Virus record (IMG/VR): IMGVR_UViG_2703718848_000006
Location: 1 to 13,104 of that record
Direction: 5' to 3' (one strand)
From: a virus
Taxonomy: Duplodnaviria; Heunggongvirae; Uroviricota; Caudoviricetes
DNA: 13,104 nt
In this document: piece after piece, positions 7,140 through 13,104 of the stretch
Layout: every line of letters begins with the position of its first letter
Numbering within the stretch: the first letter of the stretch is position 1
Made by a program: the position numbers and the translations under genes
The notes under the pieces: generated by a model
Databases searched by the model: none
Told to the model about the DNA's origin: nothing
What the model saw: the letters and a program-made list of their open reading frames with translations, nothing else

Positions 7140-9350
7140 ATGAGCACAAAATTCAGAACCGTTATCACCACTGCCGGTGCAGCAAAGCTGGCAGCGGCAA
7201 CCGCACCGGGAGGGCGGAAGGTCAACATTACCACTATGGCCGTCGGGGATGGCGGTGGTAAATTGCCTGTCCCGGATGCCGGACAGACCGGGCTTATCCA
7301 TGAAGTCTGGCGACATGCGCTGAACAAAATCAGCCAGGACAAACGAAACAGTAATTATATTATCGCAGAGCTGGTTATTCCGCCGGAGGTGGGCGGTTTC
7401 TGGATGCGTGAGCTTGGCCTGTACGATGATGCGGGAACGTTAATTGCCGTGGCGAACATGGCCGAAAGTTATAAGCCAGCTCTTGCCGAAGGCTCAGGGC
7501 GTTCGCAGACCTGCCGCATGGTCATCATCGTCAGCAGTGTGGCCTCAGTGGAGCTGACCATTGACACCACAACGGTGATGGCGACGCAGGATTACGTTGA
7601 TGACAAAATTGCAGAGCATGAACAGTCACGACGTCACCCTGACGCCTCGCTGACCGCAAAAGGTTTTACTCAGTTAAGCAGTGCGACCAACAGCACGTCT
7701 GAAACACTGGCTGCAACGCCGAAAGCGGTAAAGACCGCCTATGACCTTGCTAACGGGAAATATACTGCACAGGACGCCACCACCGCGCGAAAAGGCCTTG
7801 TTCAGCTCAGTAGTGCGACTAACAGCACGTCTGAAACGCTCGCCGCAACGCCAAAAGCGGTAAAAGCAGCATATGACCTGGCTAACGGGAAATATACCGC
7901 ACAGGACGCCACCACCGCGCGAAAAGGGCTTGTCCAGCTAAGTAGCGTCACCAACAGCGATTCTGAAACGCTTGCGGCAACGCCAAAGGCGGTTAAGACA
8001 GCGTATGACCTTGCTAACGGGAAATACACTGCACAGGATGCCACCACAGCGCGAAAAGGTCTTGTCCAGCTCAGTAGCGCCACCAACAGCGATTATGAAA
8101 CGCTTGCGGCAACACCAAAAGCGGTGAAGTCTGCCTATGACAATGCTGAAAAACGTCTTCAGAAAGATCAGAACGGTGCGGATATTCCGGGAAAAGATAC
8201 TTTCACGAAAAATATCGGTGCCTGTCGTGCTTATAGCGGCGCTTTGAGCACTGAAGCCGGAAACTGGACAACCGCACAATTGATTGAATGGCTAGAGTCT
8301 CAAGGGGCATTCAATCACCCATACTGGATGTGCAAATGTTCATGGTCATACGGCAATAATAAAATTATTACCGATACTGGCTGTGGAACTATTCATCTTG
8401 CAGGTTGCGTTATTGAGGTTATGGGTAATAAAGCAGCAATGACCATTCGTGTGACCACTCCGAGTACATCAAGCGGTGGTGGTACCACCAGTGCGCAATT
8501 CACGTATATCAATCACGGAGCTGATTATGCGCCGGGCTGGCGACGTGACTACAATACGAAAAATAAGCAACCGGCTTTTGCATTAGGGAAAACAGGAAAT
8601 ACGGTTGCAAATAATAAAGCGGTAGGATGGAACTGGGACAGTGGTGCTTATTGTGCACAGGATGGCGGAGCATCAAAAATGGTGCTGCATTTTTACACGG
8701 GTGAGGGAAGTTGTCCGGCAATGCAGTTTCTTGTGGATTATAAAAACAGGGGGATTTTTTACAGGTCGGCACGTGATGGGTATGGATTTGAGGCTGACTG
8801 GTCTGAGTTTTATACAACATCACGAAAGCCAACACCTGCGGATATTCTTGCTCTGGCATTATCAGGCGGAAGCATGTCAGGCAGCATAAAATTTATCAAT
8901 GATGCCTTCCTGATTTGGGAAAGAAATACTGACTGGGCGAAGATTGGTTTTAAAAATGATGCCGACAGCGACACTGATTCATACATGTGGTTTGAAACAG
9001 GCGACAACGGCAATGAATATTTCAAATGGAGAAGCAAACAAAGCACCACAACAAAAGACCTGATGAATCTTAAGTCTGATGCACTACGGGTTACCGGGCA
9101 GGTGATACCATCAAATTTCAGCAATTTTGACTCCCGCTATGTCCGGGATATCCGGCTTGGTGGTGCCGCCACATACAAACCTGCGAACAATGGCATGACA
9201 TGGACGCATCAGGCTCCGTCAGGTTGCGTATATACCGGCATTATTGTTCAGGATACCGGCTCAAACTCTGCCGATAACATTGGTGGCGTATATTACAGAC
9301 CGGTGCAGAAATACATTAACGGGACATGGTATAACGTGGCGCAGGTATAA
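7140..9350 (+). CDS. H: Tail fibre protein gpH, 736 aa: conserved N-terminal baseplate-attachment domain, internal tandem repeats, divergent C-terminal receptor-binding region
   Basis: GAGG RBS at 7132-7135. N-terminus MSTKFRTVITTAGAAKLAAATAPGGRKVNITTMAVGDGGGKLPVPDAGQTGLIHEVWRHALNKISQDKRNSNYIIAELVIPPEVGGFWMRELGLYDDAG matches the P2 H N-terminal domain as I recall it. Followed by about 3.7 copies of a 44-aa repeat and a lower-GC C-terminal part. Confidence 0.9.
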   Translation: MSTKFRTVITTAGAAKLAAATAPGGRKVNITTMAVGDGGGKLPVPDAGQTGLIHEVWRHALNKISQDKRNSNYIIAELVIPPEVGGFWMRELGLYDDAGTLIAVANMAESYKPALAEGSGRSQTCRMVIIVSSVASVELTIDTTTVMATQDYVDDKIAEHEQSRRHPDASLTAKGFTQLSSATNSTSETLAATPKAVKTAYDLANGKYTAQDATTARKGLVQLSSATNSTSETLAATPKAVKAAYDLANGKYTAQDATTARKGLVQLSSVTNSDSETLAATPKAVKTAYDLANGKYTAQDATTARKGLVQLSSATNSDYETLAATPKAVKSAYDNAEKRLQKDQNGADIPGKDTFTKNIGACRAYSGALSTEAGNWTTAQLIEWLESQGAFNHPYWMCKCSWSYGNNKIITDTGCGTIHLAGCVIEVMGNKAAMTIRVTTPSTSSGGGTTSAQFTYINHGADYAPGWRRDYNTKNKQPAFALGKTGNTVANNKAVGWNWDSGAYCAQDGGASKMVLHFYTGEGSCPAMQFLVDYKNRGIFYRSARDGYGFEADWSEFYTTSRKPTPADILALALSGGSMSGSIKFINDAFLIWERNTDWAKIGFKNDADSDTDSYMWFETGDNGNEYFKWRSKQSTTTKDLMNLKSDALRVTGQVIPSNFSNFDSRYVRDIRLGGAATYKPANNGMTWTHQAPSGCVYTGIIVQDTGSNSADNIGGVYYRPVQKYINGTWYNVAQV
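7659..8144 (+). repeat. In-frame tandem repeat, 132-nt (44-aa) period, about 3.7 copies, inside tail fibre gene H
   Basis: Copies begin at 7659, 7791, 7923 and 8055 (partial). Unit K-G-[FL]-[TV]-QLSS-[AV]-TNS-[TD]-SETLAATPKAVK-x-AYDLANGKYTAQDATTAR, with synonymous and near-synonymous nucleotide differences between copies. Confidence 0.9.
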
Positions 9351-9353
9351 TTT

Positions 9354-9853
9354 ATGCAGCATTTAAAAAATNNCAATATCAATTGACAAAGAATTTTGAT
9401 GTTGTCTGGTTTTTTTCAGAAGATGGTAAGAACTGGTACGAAGAACAAAAGTATTTTGCTGATGACACGATAAAAATAGCGTACGACAAAGATAATATCA
9501 TCCGCTATGTGGAAAAGGATGTGACAGCTATCAGACCGGATGGATTAAGTGTTGTTGAAGTGGCGGATATTACTGCTAACCGACGGGCGGACATTTCAGG
9601 GAACTGGATGTTTAAGGATGGCACAGTGATCAAACGAATTTATACGGCAGAGGAATTGCAACAGCAGGCAGAAAACAGGAAAGCCAGACTTCTTGCAGAT
9701 GCTGAATCAGTCATCCAGCCGCTGGAACGCGCTGTCAGGCTGAATATGGCAACAGACGAGGAACGCACACGACTGGAAGCATGGGAACGCTACAGTGTTC
9801 TGGTCAGCCGTGTGGATCCTGCAAATCCTGAATGGCCGGAAATGCCGCAATAA
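9354..9853 (+). CDS. G: Tail fibre assembly protein (gpG/Tfa-like chaperone); 5' end interrupted by a 2-N gap
   Basis: ATG at 9354 (MQHLKN), then NN at 9372-9373, after which the long frame continues as [20 protein letters not shown]...[47 protein letters not shown]. This C-terminal region is the conserved Tfa chaperone domain. The track's TTG at 9383 is probably not the true start. Confidence 0.75.
9372..9373. other. Assembly gap (NN) at the 5' end of the tail fibre assembly gene
   Basis: Two N characters; frame break between the MQHLKN start and the downstream ORF. Confidence 0.95.
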
Positions 9854-10087
9854 CTTGTATGAGCTCTAGTGTGAGCTTACATATCTATGGCACAGAGTAA
9901 AGCCTAATCTGACAGTCCGCTCTGTGCCAGAAGCGGACATTGCGGCGTTACGGCACGTTAGGTCAGATATTTAAATGCACATGGTCCGCTTGTGGCGGAA
10001 GGATACTTACAAGAGTTGGTGAGAGATAGTAAAATCAATATGAAAATTAAAATTCGGCAATAATTCCTGATATAGTCATCTTAATGA

Positions 10088-10122
10088 ACATAAAAACTAT
10101 CACAATAGGATAGTTTTTATGT
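10088..10122. terminator. Perfect 14-bp AT-rich inverted repeat (7-nt loop) just 3' of the cargo-2 operon; candidate bidirectional terminator
   Basis: ACATAAAAACTATC (10088-10101), loop ACAATAG, GATAGTTTTTATGT (10109-10122). Lies 13 nt beyond the stop (10135-10137) of the last minus-strand gene. T-rich on both strands, but only 3 of 14 stem pairs are GC. Confidence 0.4.
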
Positions 10123-10134
10123 CATACTTGTTAG

Positions 10135-10830
10135 TTAATCACTTAAGGAATGAAGTGAGGCTCGTTGTGCAGAGGTTAAGCTAAGGAGGATTTTTTCTCG
10201 ATACTCAGGTGCAAAGGAAAAGAAAACATCAGGAAAAATTCTTATGATAGTTGATATCATAGTCTTAACCACCTTATCAATCACCTTCGAAATATTATCT
10301 ATTTTAACCAAGTCTATTTCGGGAAAAACATTTAAAGCTTTTATGTGAGCCATTTCTTTTACAGTAGCTGTATGTACGTGACTGCATAACGAAGAGTATT
10401 CAGCTTTTAAAGTTTCATGTAGTAGAGGATTTTTTTTGAAGACAGGATGTTCCCCAGTTTGTTCAATTACCTTAAACAATGATTTTTCTTCAAGTATTGA
10501 AGGATCTAGTAAGCAACCGATTGATTTTAAAGAATTTTCAATATAACTTCGCATCATTAGATTTGCTGGTTTGTATGCACCATTTATAACCATAAACATA
10601 GCTGTACCAAGGTCAGATGAAGCTTCTTGCAATCGCTCCAATGAGTTGGCGTCTATTTTCTCCTTGGAGAAATGATACAAACAGTAAACAAGGCACATAA
10701 AAGAATAATATCTCTTATGTATCATGCTTATTTTCCCTCTTGAGTTAATATTCTCGAAAACATTTTTTAATTTATATTCAGAGAAATAAGTAACTAACTC
10801 AGTGAAATCGCTGTTTACTTCTCTCGACAT
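10135..10830 (-). CDS. Cargo-2 gene 3: hypothetical protein, 231 aa
   Basis: ATG at 10828-10830 with AAGGA RBS about 6 nt upstream. Only 2 nt separate it from the stop of the upstream gene. AT-rich. No catalytic or structural motif I can recognise. Confidence 0.65.
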   Translation of the reverse strand: MSREVNSDFTELVTYFSEYKLKNVFENINSRGKISMIHKRYYSFMCLVYCLYHFSKEKIDANSLERLQEASSDLGTAMFMVINGAYKPANLMMRSYIENSLKSIGCLLDPSILEEKSLFKVIEQTGEHPVFKKNPLLHETLKAEYSSLCSHVHTATVKEMAHIKALNVFPEIDLVKIDNISKVIDKVVKTMISTIIRIFPDVFFSFAPEYREKILLSLTSAQRASLHSLSD

Positions 10831-10832
10831 TG

Positions 10833-11339
10833 TTAGTCCTTATTGAATATATCTTTTATAACTTCATTCCAGTCATATATCTCATTTTGAGCGCTAGAAA
10901 GGTTCTTCCTCTCTTTTATTCTACTCAAAACTAGAGGGTTATTTGACATTGAATTGATAATATTATAAGCCTTACCTAAATCGGATGAGTTTTTCTCGTG
11001 AACGTCACACACGATTATGCCGATCATTTCCTCTCTAGATCTTTTTTCAGGCCTGCTGATTTCGATACCTAACATGCGTGCAAAATCATCTATATCTTTA
11101 TTTTTTTGGAAGAGATCTTTGTCTAATAAAATCCTCGGAAGATACCCAACAAGGAAACCTTTAATATCATTTTTTTTAGACTTTGAATTTCTTTCGTTAA
11201 CTTCTAAATTATCAGTATAACTATCTTGAAGTAATTCAATAAAGTTGATTCTTGATAATTTTTTTGAAATAAAGGAAAACTCCTCTAAAAAGTTTAACAG
11301 TTGCTTAATTTCTTTTGAGTTATTTTTTTTGTCAGTCAT
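10833..11339 (-). CDS. Cargo-2 gene 2: hypothetical protein, 168 aa, Lys/Glu/Asn-rich
   Basis: ATG at 11337-11339 overlaps the TGA of the ParA-like gene (ATGA overlap, translational coupling). No recognisable motif. Confidence 0.65.
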   Translation of the reverse strand: MTDKKNNSKEIKQLLNFLEEFSFISKKLSRINFIELLQDSYTDNLEVNERNSKSKKNDIKGFLVGYLPRILLDKDLFQKNKDIDDFARMLGIEISRPEKRSREEMIGIIVCDVHEKNSSDLGKAYNIINSMSNNPLVLSRIKERKNLSSAQNEIYDWNEVIKDIFNKD

Positions 11340-12166
11340 AAGTCACCTACTCTAGAGAGAAGTTCGTCAGTAATTTTAGACAGCGAAAACTTCATATCCT
11401 CATCAGTTAAATTGTTAATAAATAAGCCTCTTGTTTGATTTCTTGCCAACTCAGTACGTTTGCTCAAATATGATTTAAAGATCTTATTACGCCAACGTTT
11501 TTGATTATTGAAGTAACGAAGACTTTCCTCATATAAATTACTATTACCTTCAACCATATTAAAAACTATGCCCGCACATTCAATCTTAAGATCGAAATTT
11601 TCTCTCTTCTCATTTATAATGCTATCTAATAGATCGATACCAGTGATCGAAAGAGGATCGGGTTTGGCTGGAATGAGGTAATAATCAGATGCAATTAATG
11701 CGCTGGACATCCAAACTGATGGGGTTGGTGGGGTATCAATTATGACATAATCATAGTCATTTTCATGGATTTTAAGAAAGCGTCTAAGCTTGTTTTCTAT
11801 CCCTTCTCCTGGTTTCATTTCAATTTTATATAGCCCAAGGCTTCCGGGAACAATGTGAAAATTATCATTTAATTGAATTGGTGTTATATCGGCTAATTCT
11901 TTAGGTGTGTTAACTAAAGGACCAGTCATTGTAGATAGTCGAATTTTTGAACTATAAAAAATATCACATATGCTATCGCCTCCGCTTTTCATATGTGCAA
12001 CATATTTGCTTGTATCCATTACACATTGCGTTGCGTTAAATTGTGGGTCGATATCTATTAATAATATTTTTTGCCCAAGTTTATCTGAAAGATGATTAGC
12101 AATATTGGTAGCCAATGTTGACTTACCAACGCCACCTTTCATATTGATTAAGCTAATAACTTTCAA
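11336..12166 (-). CDS. Cargo-2 gene 1: ParA/MinD/Soj-family deviant Walker-A ATPase, 276 aa
   Basis: N-terminus (M/L)KVISLINMKGGVGKSTLATNIANHL carries the deviant Walker A motif KGGxxK[ST]. LLIDIDPQFNAT and the Walker B-like YDYVIIDTPP are also typical ParA motifs. Probable TTG start at 12164-12166 with AGGAG SD 8 nt upstream; an alternative ATG start lies at Met9. Confidence 0.85.
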   Translation of the reverse strand: MKVISLINMKGGVGKSTLATNIANHLSDKLGQKILLIDIDPQFNATQCVMDTSKYVAHMKSGGDSICDIFYSSKIRLSTMTGPLVNTPKELADITPIQLNDNFHIVPGSLGLYKIEMKPGEGIENKLRRFLKIHENDYDYVIIDTPPTPSVWMSSALIASDYYLIPAKPDPLSITGIDLLDSIINEKRENFDLKIECAGIVFNMVEGNSNLYEESLRYFNNQKRWRNKIFKSYLSKRTELARNQTRGLFINNLTDEDMKFSLSKITDELLSRVGDL

Positions 12167-12180
12167 TCTTCTTGCTCCTG

Positions 12181-12199
12181 TTTTGATTAACGCTAAGCT
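12181..12199. repeat. Direct repeat copy B (TTTTGATTAACGCTAAGCT), immediately upstream of the ParA-like gene RBS
   Basis: Matches 12394-12413 (ATTTTGATTAACACTTAAGCT) at 19/20 positions with one indel. The two copies are about 213 bp apart and bracket the AT-rich presumed promoter region. Confidence 0.6.
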
Positions 12200-12393
12200 T
12201 TTTCATCAGCATTGAAATTTAACATGTGTTTTACAAACTTATGTCTTATCACTACCTTATCATTTTTTACATACACCATAAATATTTTTAACTAAAAATT
12301 TTTGGTTTTCAACCTGAAATCTTTATCTTTAAAAACAAAACATTACAATATTTTTAGTAAGATGCCTTACCTAATGTAATGTGAATGGCTCAA

Positions 12394-12413
12394 TTTTGAT
12401 TAACACTTAAGCT
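12394..12413. repeat. Direct repeat copy C, at the distal edge of the AT-rich cargo-2 upstream region
   Basis: See copy B. A weaker related motif (TTAATCACTTAAG, 10135-10147) overlaps the stop codon at the other end of the operon. Confidence 0.55.
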
Positions 12414-12767
12414 ATGTTAATAATGGTTTTGTAAGTGTGATGAGGGTTCCATATGAAGAAGTGATTTCCCGAACAATACAACATGAATATCATCCTCGTA
12501 GTCGGTGTTTCTTCACATGAACTCTGTCGCAAATACGCTATATGAAACGTGGCAAGATGAATGTACCTGAGGTTATCAATCTTAAACCGCTTGAGAGTAC
12601 GCCCTGATCCTGCCCGTTGATAAACTAACTGCATTGTTTGTAATGCTTCATCGGTGGTGAGAACAAGTTTCGTACTTCCGCTTCTCGCTCAAAGCAGACT
12701 GTCAGATTTGATAGCGTTTTGGCTATGTAAGTTGCCAGTTGGGAAATGAGTGAGTACAAATCAGGAC

Positions 12768-12795
12768 AGGCGGGCGAATTGCCCGCCTTTTCTTT
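12768..12795 (+). terminator. Rho-independent terminator-like hairpin on the + strand, upstream of the FI promoter region
   Basis: GC-rich stem GGCGGGC (12769-12775), loop GAATT, GCCCGCC (12781-12787), followed by TTTTCTTT (12788-12795). Confidence 0.55.
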
Positions 12796-12798
12796 ATC

Positions 12799-12866
12799 TG
12801 TTGTTTCATCCACTGACCAGCCAGGTCAAATAGCGTCTCATGCACTGCCCAACAGAAAATAGTTGC
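12799..12866 (+). promoter_or_regulatory. Candidate late promoter P_F for the sheath operon (Ogr/activator-dependent type)
   Basis: TGTTGT at 12799-12804 with a partial TGT-N12-(c)CA dyad centred near 12811. Perfect inverted repeat TGACC-N5-GGTCA at 12814-12828. Weak -10-like GAAAAT at 12855-12860. GGAG RBS at 12880-12883 before the FI ATG at 12892. P2 late promoters are known to carry an upstream dyad element, but this is a partial match only. Confidence 0.4.
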
Positions 12867-12891
12867 ACCCATTAACCACGGAGTTAAACGG

Positions 12892-13104
12892 ATGAGTGAC
12901 TATCATCACGGCGTGCAGGTGCTGGAGATTAACGACGGCGCCCGCGTCATTTCCACTGTATCCACTGCCATTGTCGGCATGGTCTGCACGGCCAGCGATG
13001 CGGATGCGGAAACCTTCCCCCTCAATAAACCGGTGCTGATTACCAATGTGCAAAGCGCAATTGCAAAGGCCGGTAAAAAAGGCACGCTGGCGGCATCGTT
13101 GCAG
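12892..13104 (+). CDS. FI: Tail sheath protein gpFI, N-terminal part; continues beyond the window
   Basis: ATG at 12892 preceded by GGAG. Translation [71 protein letters not shown] matches the P2 FI N-terminus as I recall it. Open to the window end. Confidence 0.85.
   Translation, partial: MSDYHHGVQVLEINDGARVISTVSTAIVGMVCTASDADAETFPLNKPVLITNVQSAIAKAGKKGTLAASLQ

Noticed and set aside
6135-7342. Minus-strand ORFs 6135-6356, 6217-6828, 6474-6656, 6632-7342 and 7110-7316, and + ORF 6603-6851
   Set aside because: All are alternative-frame or antisense ORFs inside the baseplate genes J and I and the start of H. The + strand genes have overlapping start/stop coupling and known protein signatures.
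7802-8279. Minus-strand ORFs 7802-8086 (94 aa) and 7938-8279 (113 aa) inside the tail fibre gene
   Set aside because: They lie antisense to the H tandem repeats and merely mirror the repeat structure. They have no RBS and overlap a well-supported + strand gene.
8509-9124. ORFs 8509-8859 (-), 8641-8889 (+) and 8810-9124 (-) inside the H 3' region
   Set aside because: They overlap the continuous 736-aa H reading frame and have no RBS, so they are probably spurious.
9383-9385. TTG at 9383 as start of the tail fibre assembly gene
   Set aside because: An ATG at 9354 encoding MQHLKN lies just upstream and is separated from the ORF only by the NN gap, so the TTG start is probably an artefact of the gap.
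10135-12166. Interpretation of cargo 2 as a plasmid-type partition (parAB) module
   Set aside because: Not fully excluded: the ParA-like ATPase and the upstream direct repeats are compatible with it. But the window shows only integrated-prophage structural genes, neither downstream protein shows a ParB-like motif I recognise, and the locus is a known prophage cargo position. Kept as an alternative hypothesis rather than the call.
12407-12813. Minus-strand ORFs 12407-12634 (75 aa) and 12625-12813 (62 aa) as possible regulators of the cargo operon
   Set aside because: No SD-like sequence precedes either. The second starts at a GTG and runs through the GC-rich terminator hairpin and the candidate FI promoter. 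Not reported as genes, but the region is flagged as unexplained.
1-13104. CRISPR arrays, tRNA or rRNA genes, integrase, att sites, IS elements
   Set aside because: No spaced short-repeat array, no cloverleaf-like tRNA candidates in intergenic regions, and no integrase or transposase ORF are visible. The window is internal to the prophage, so its ends are not expected here.

Overview
This 13.1-kb window is the late (lysis, tail, baseplate, tail-fibre) region of a P2-like prophage from an enterobacterium. On the + strand the order is M (3' end)-L-X-Y-K-lysA-lysB/lysC-R-S-[cargo 1]-V-W-J-I-H-G-[cargo 2]-FI (5' end), recognised by reading the ORF translations against remembered P2 proteins and gene order; no search was run. 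Two AT-rich, minus-strand insertions interrupt the GC-richer structural operon (roughly 25-37% versus ~57% GC on sampled 60-nt lines). Cargo 1 (3796-4735) is a single 261-aa predicted three-transmembrane protein between S and V. Cargo 2 (about 9854-12800) is a tightly coupled three-gene operon between the tail-fibre assembly gene and the sheath gene: a ParA/MinD-like deviant Walker-A ATPase followed by 168-aa and 231-aa proteins with no motif I recognise. It is bounded by a 19/20-nt direct repeat around its promoter region and by hairpins at both ends. Cargo 2 is the best candidate for an undescribed accessory system, most plausibly anti-phage defence or superinfection exclusion, but its function is inference only. 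Three N-runs (2185-2219, 4810-4811, 9372-9373) are assembly gaps that only apparently disrupt lysA, V and the tail-fibre assembly gene. No tRNA, rRNA, CRISPR array, integrase or transposase is visible.
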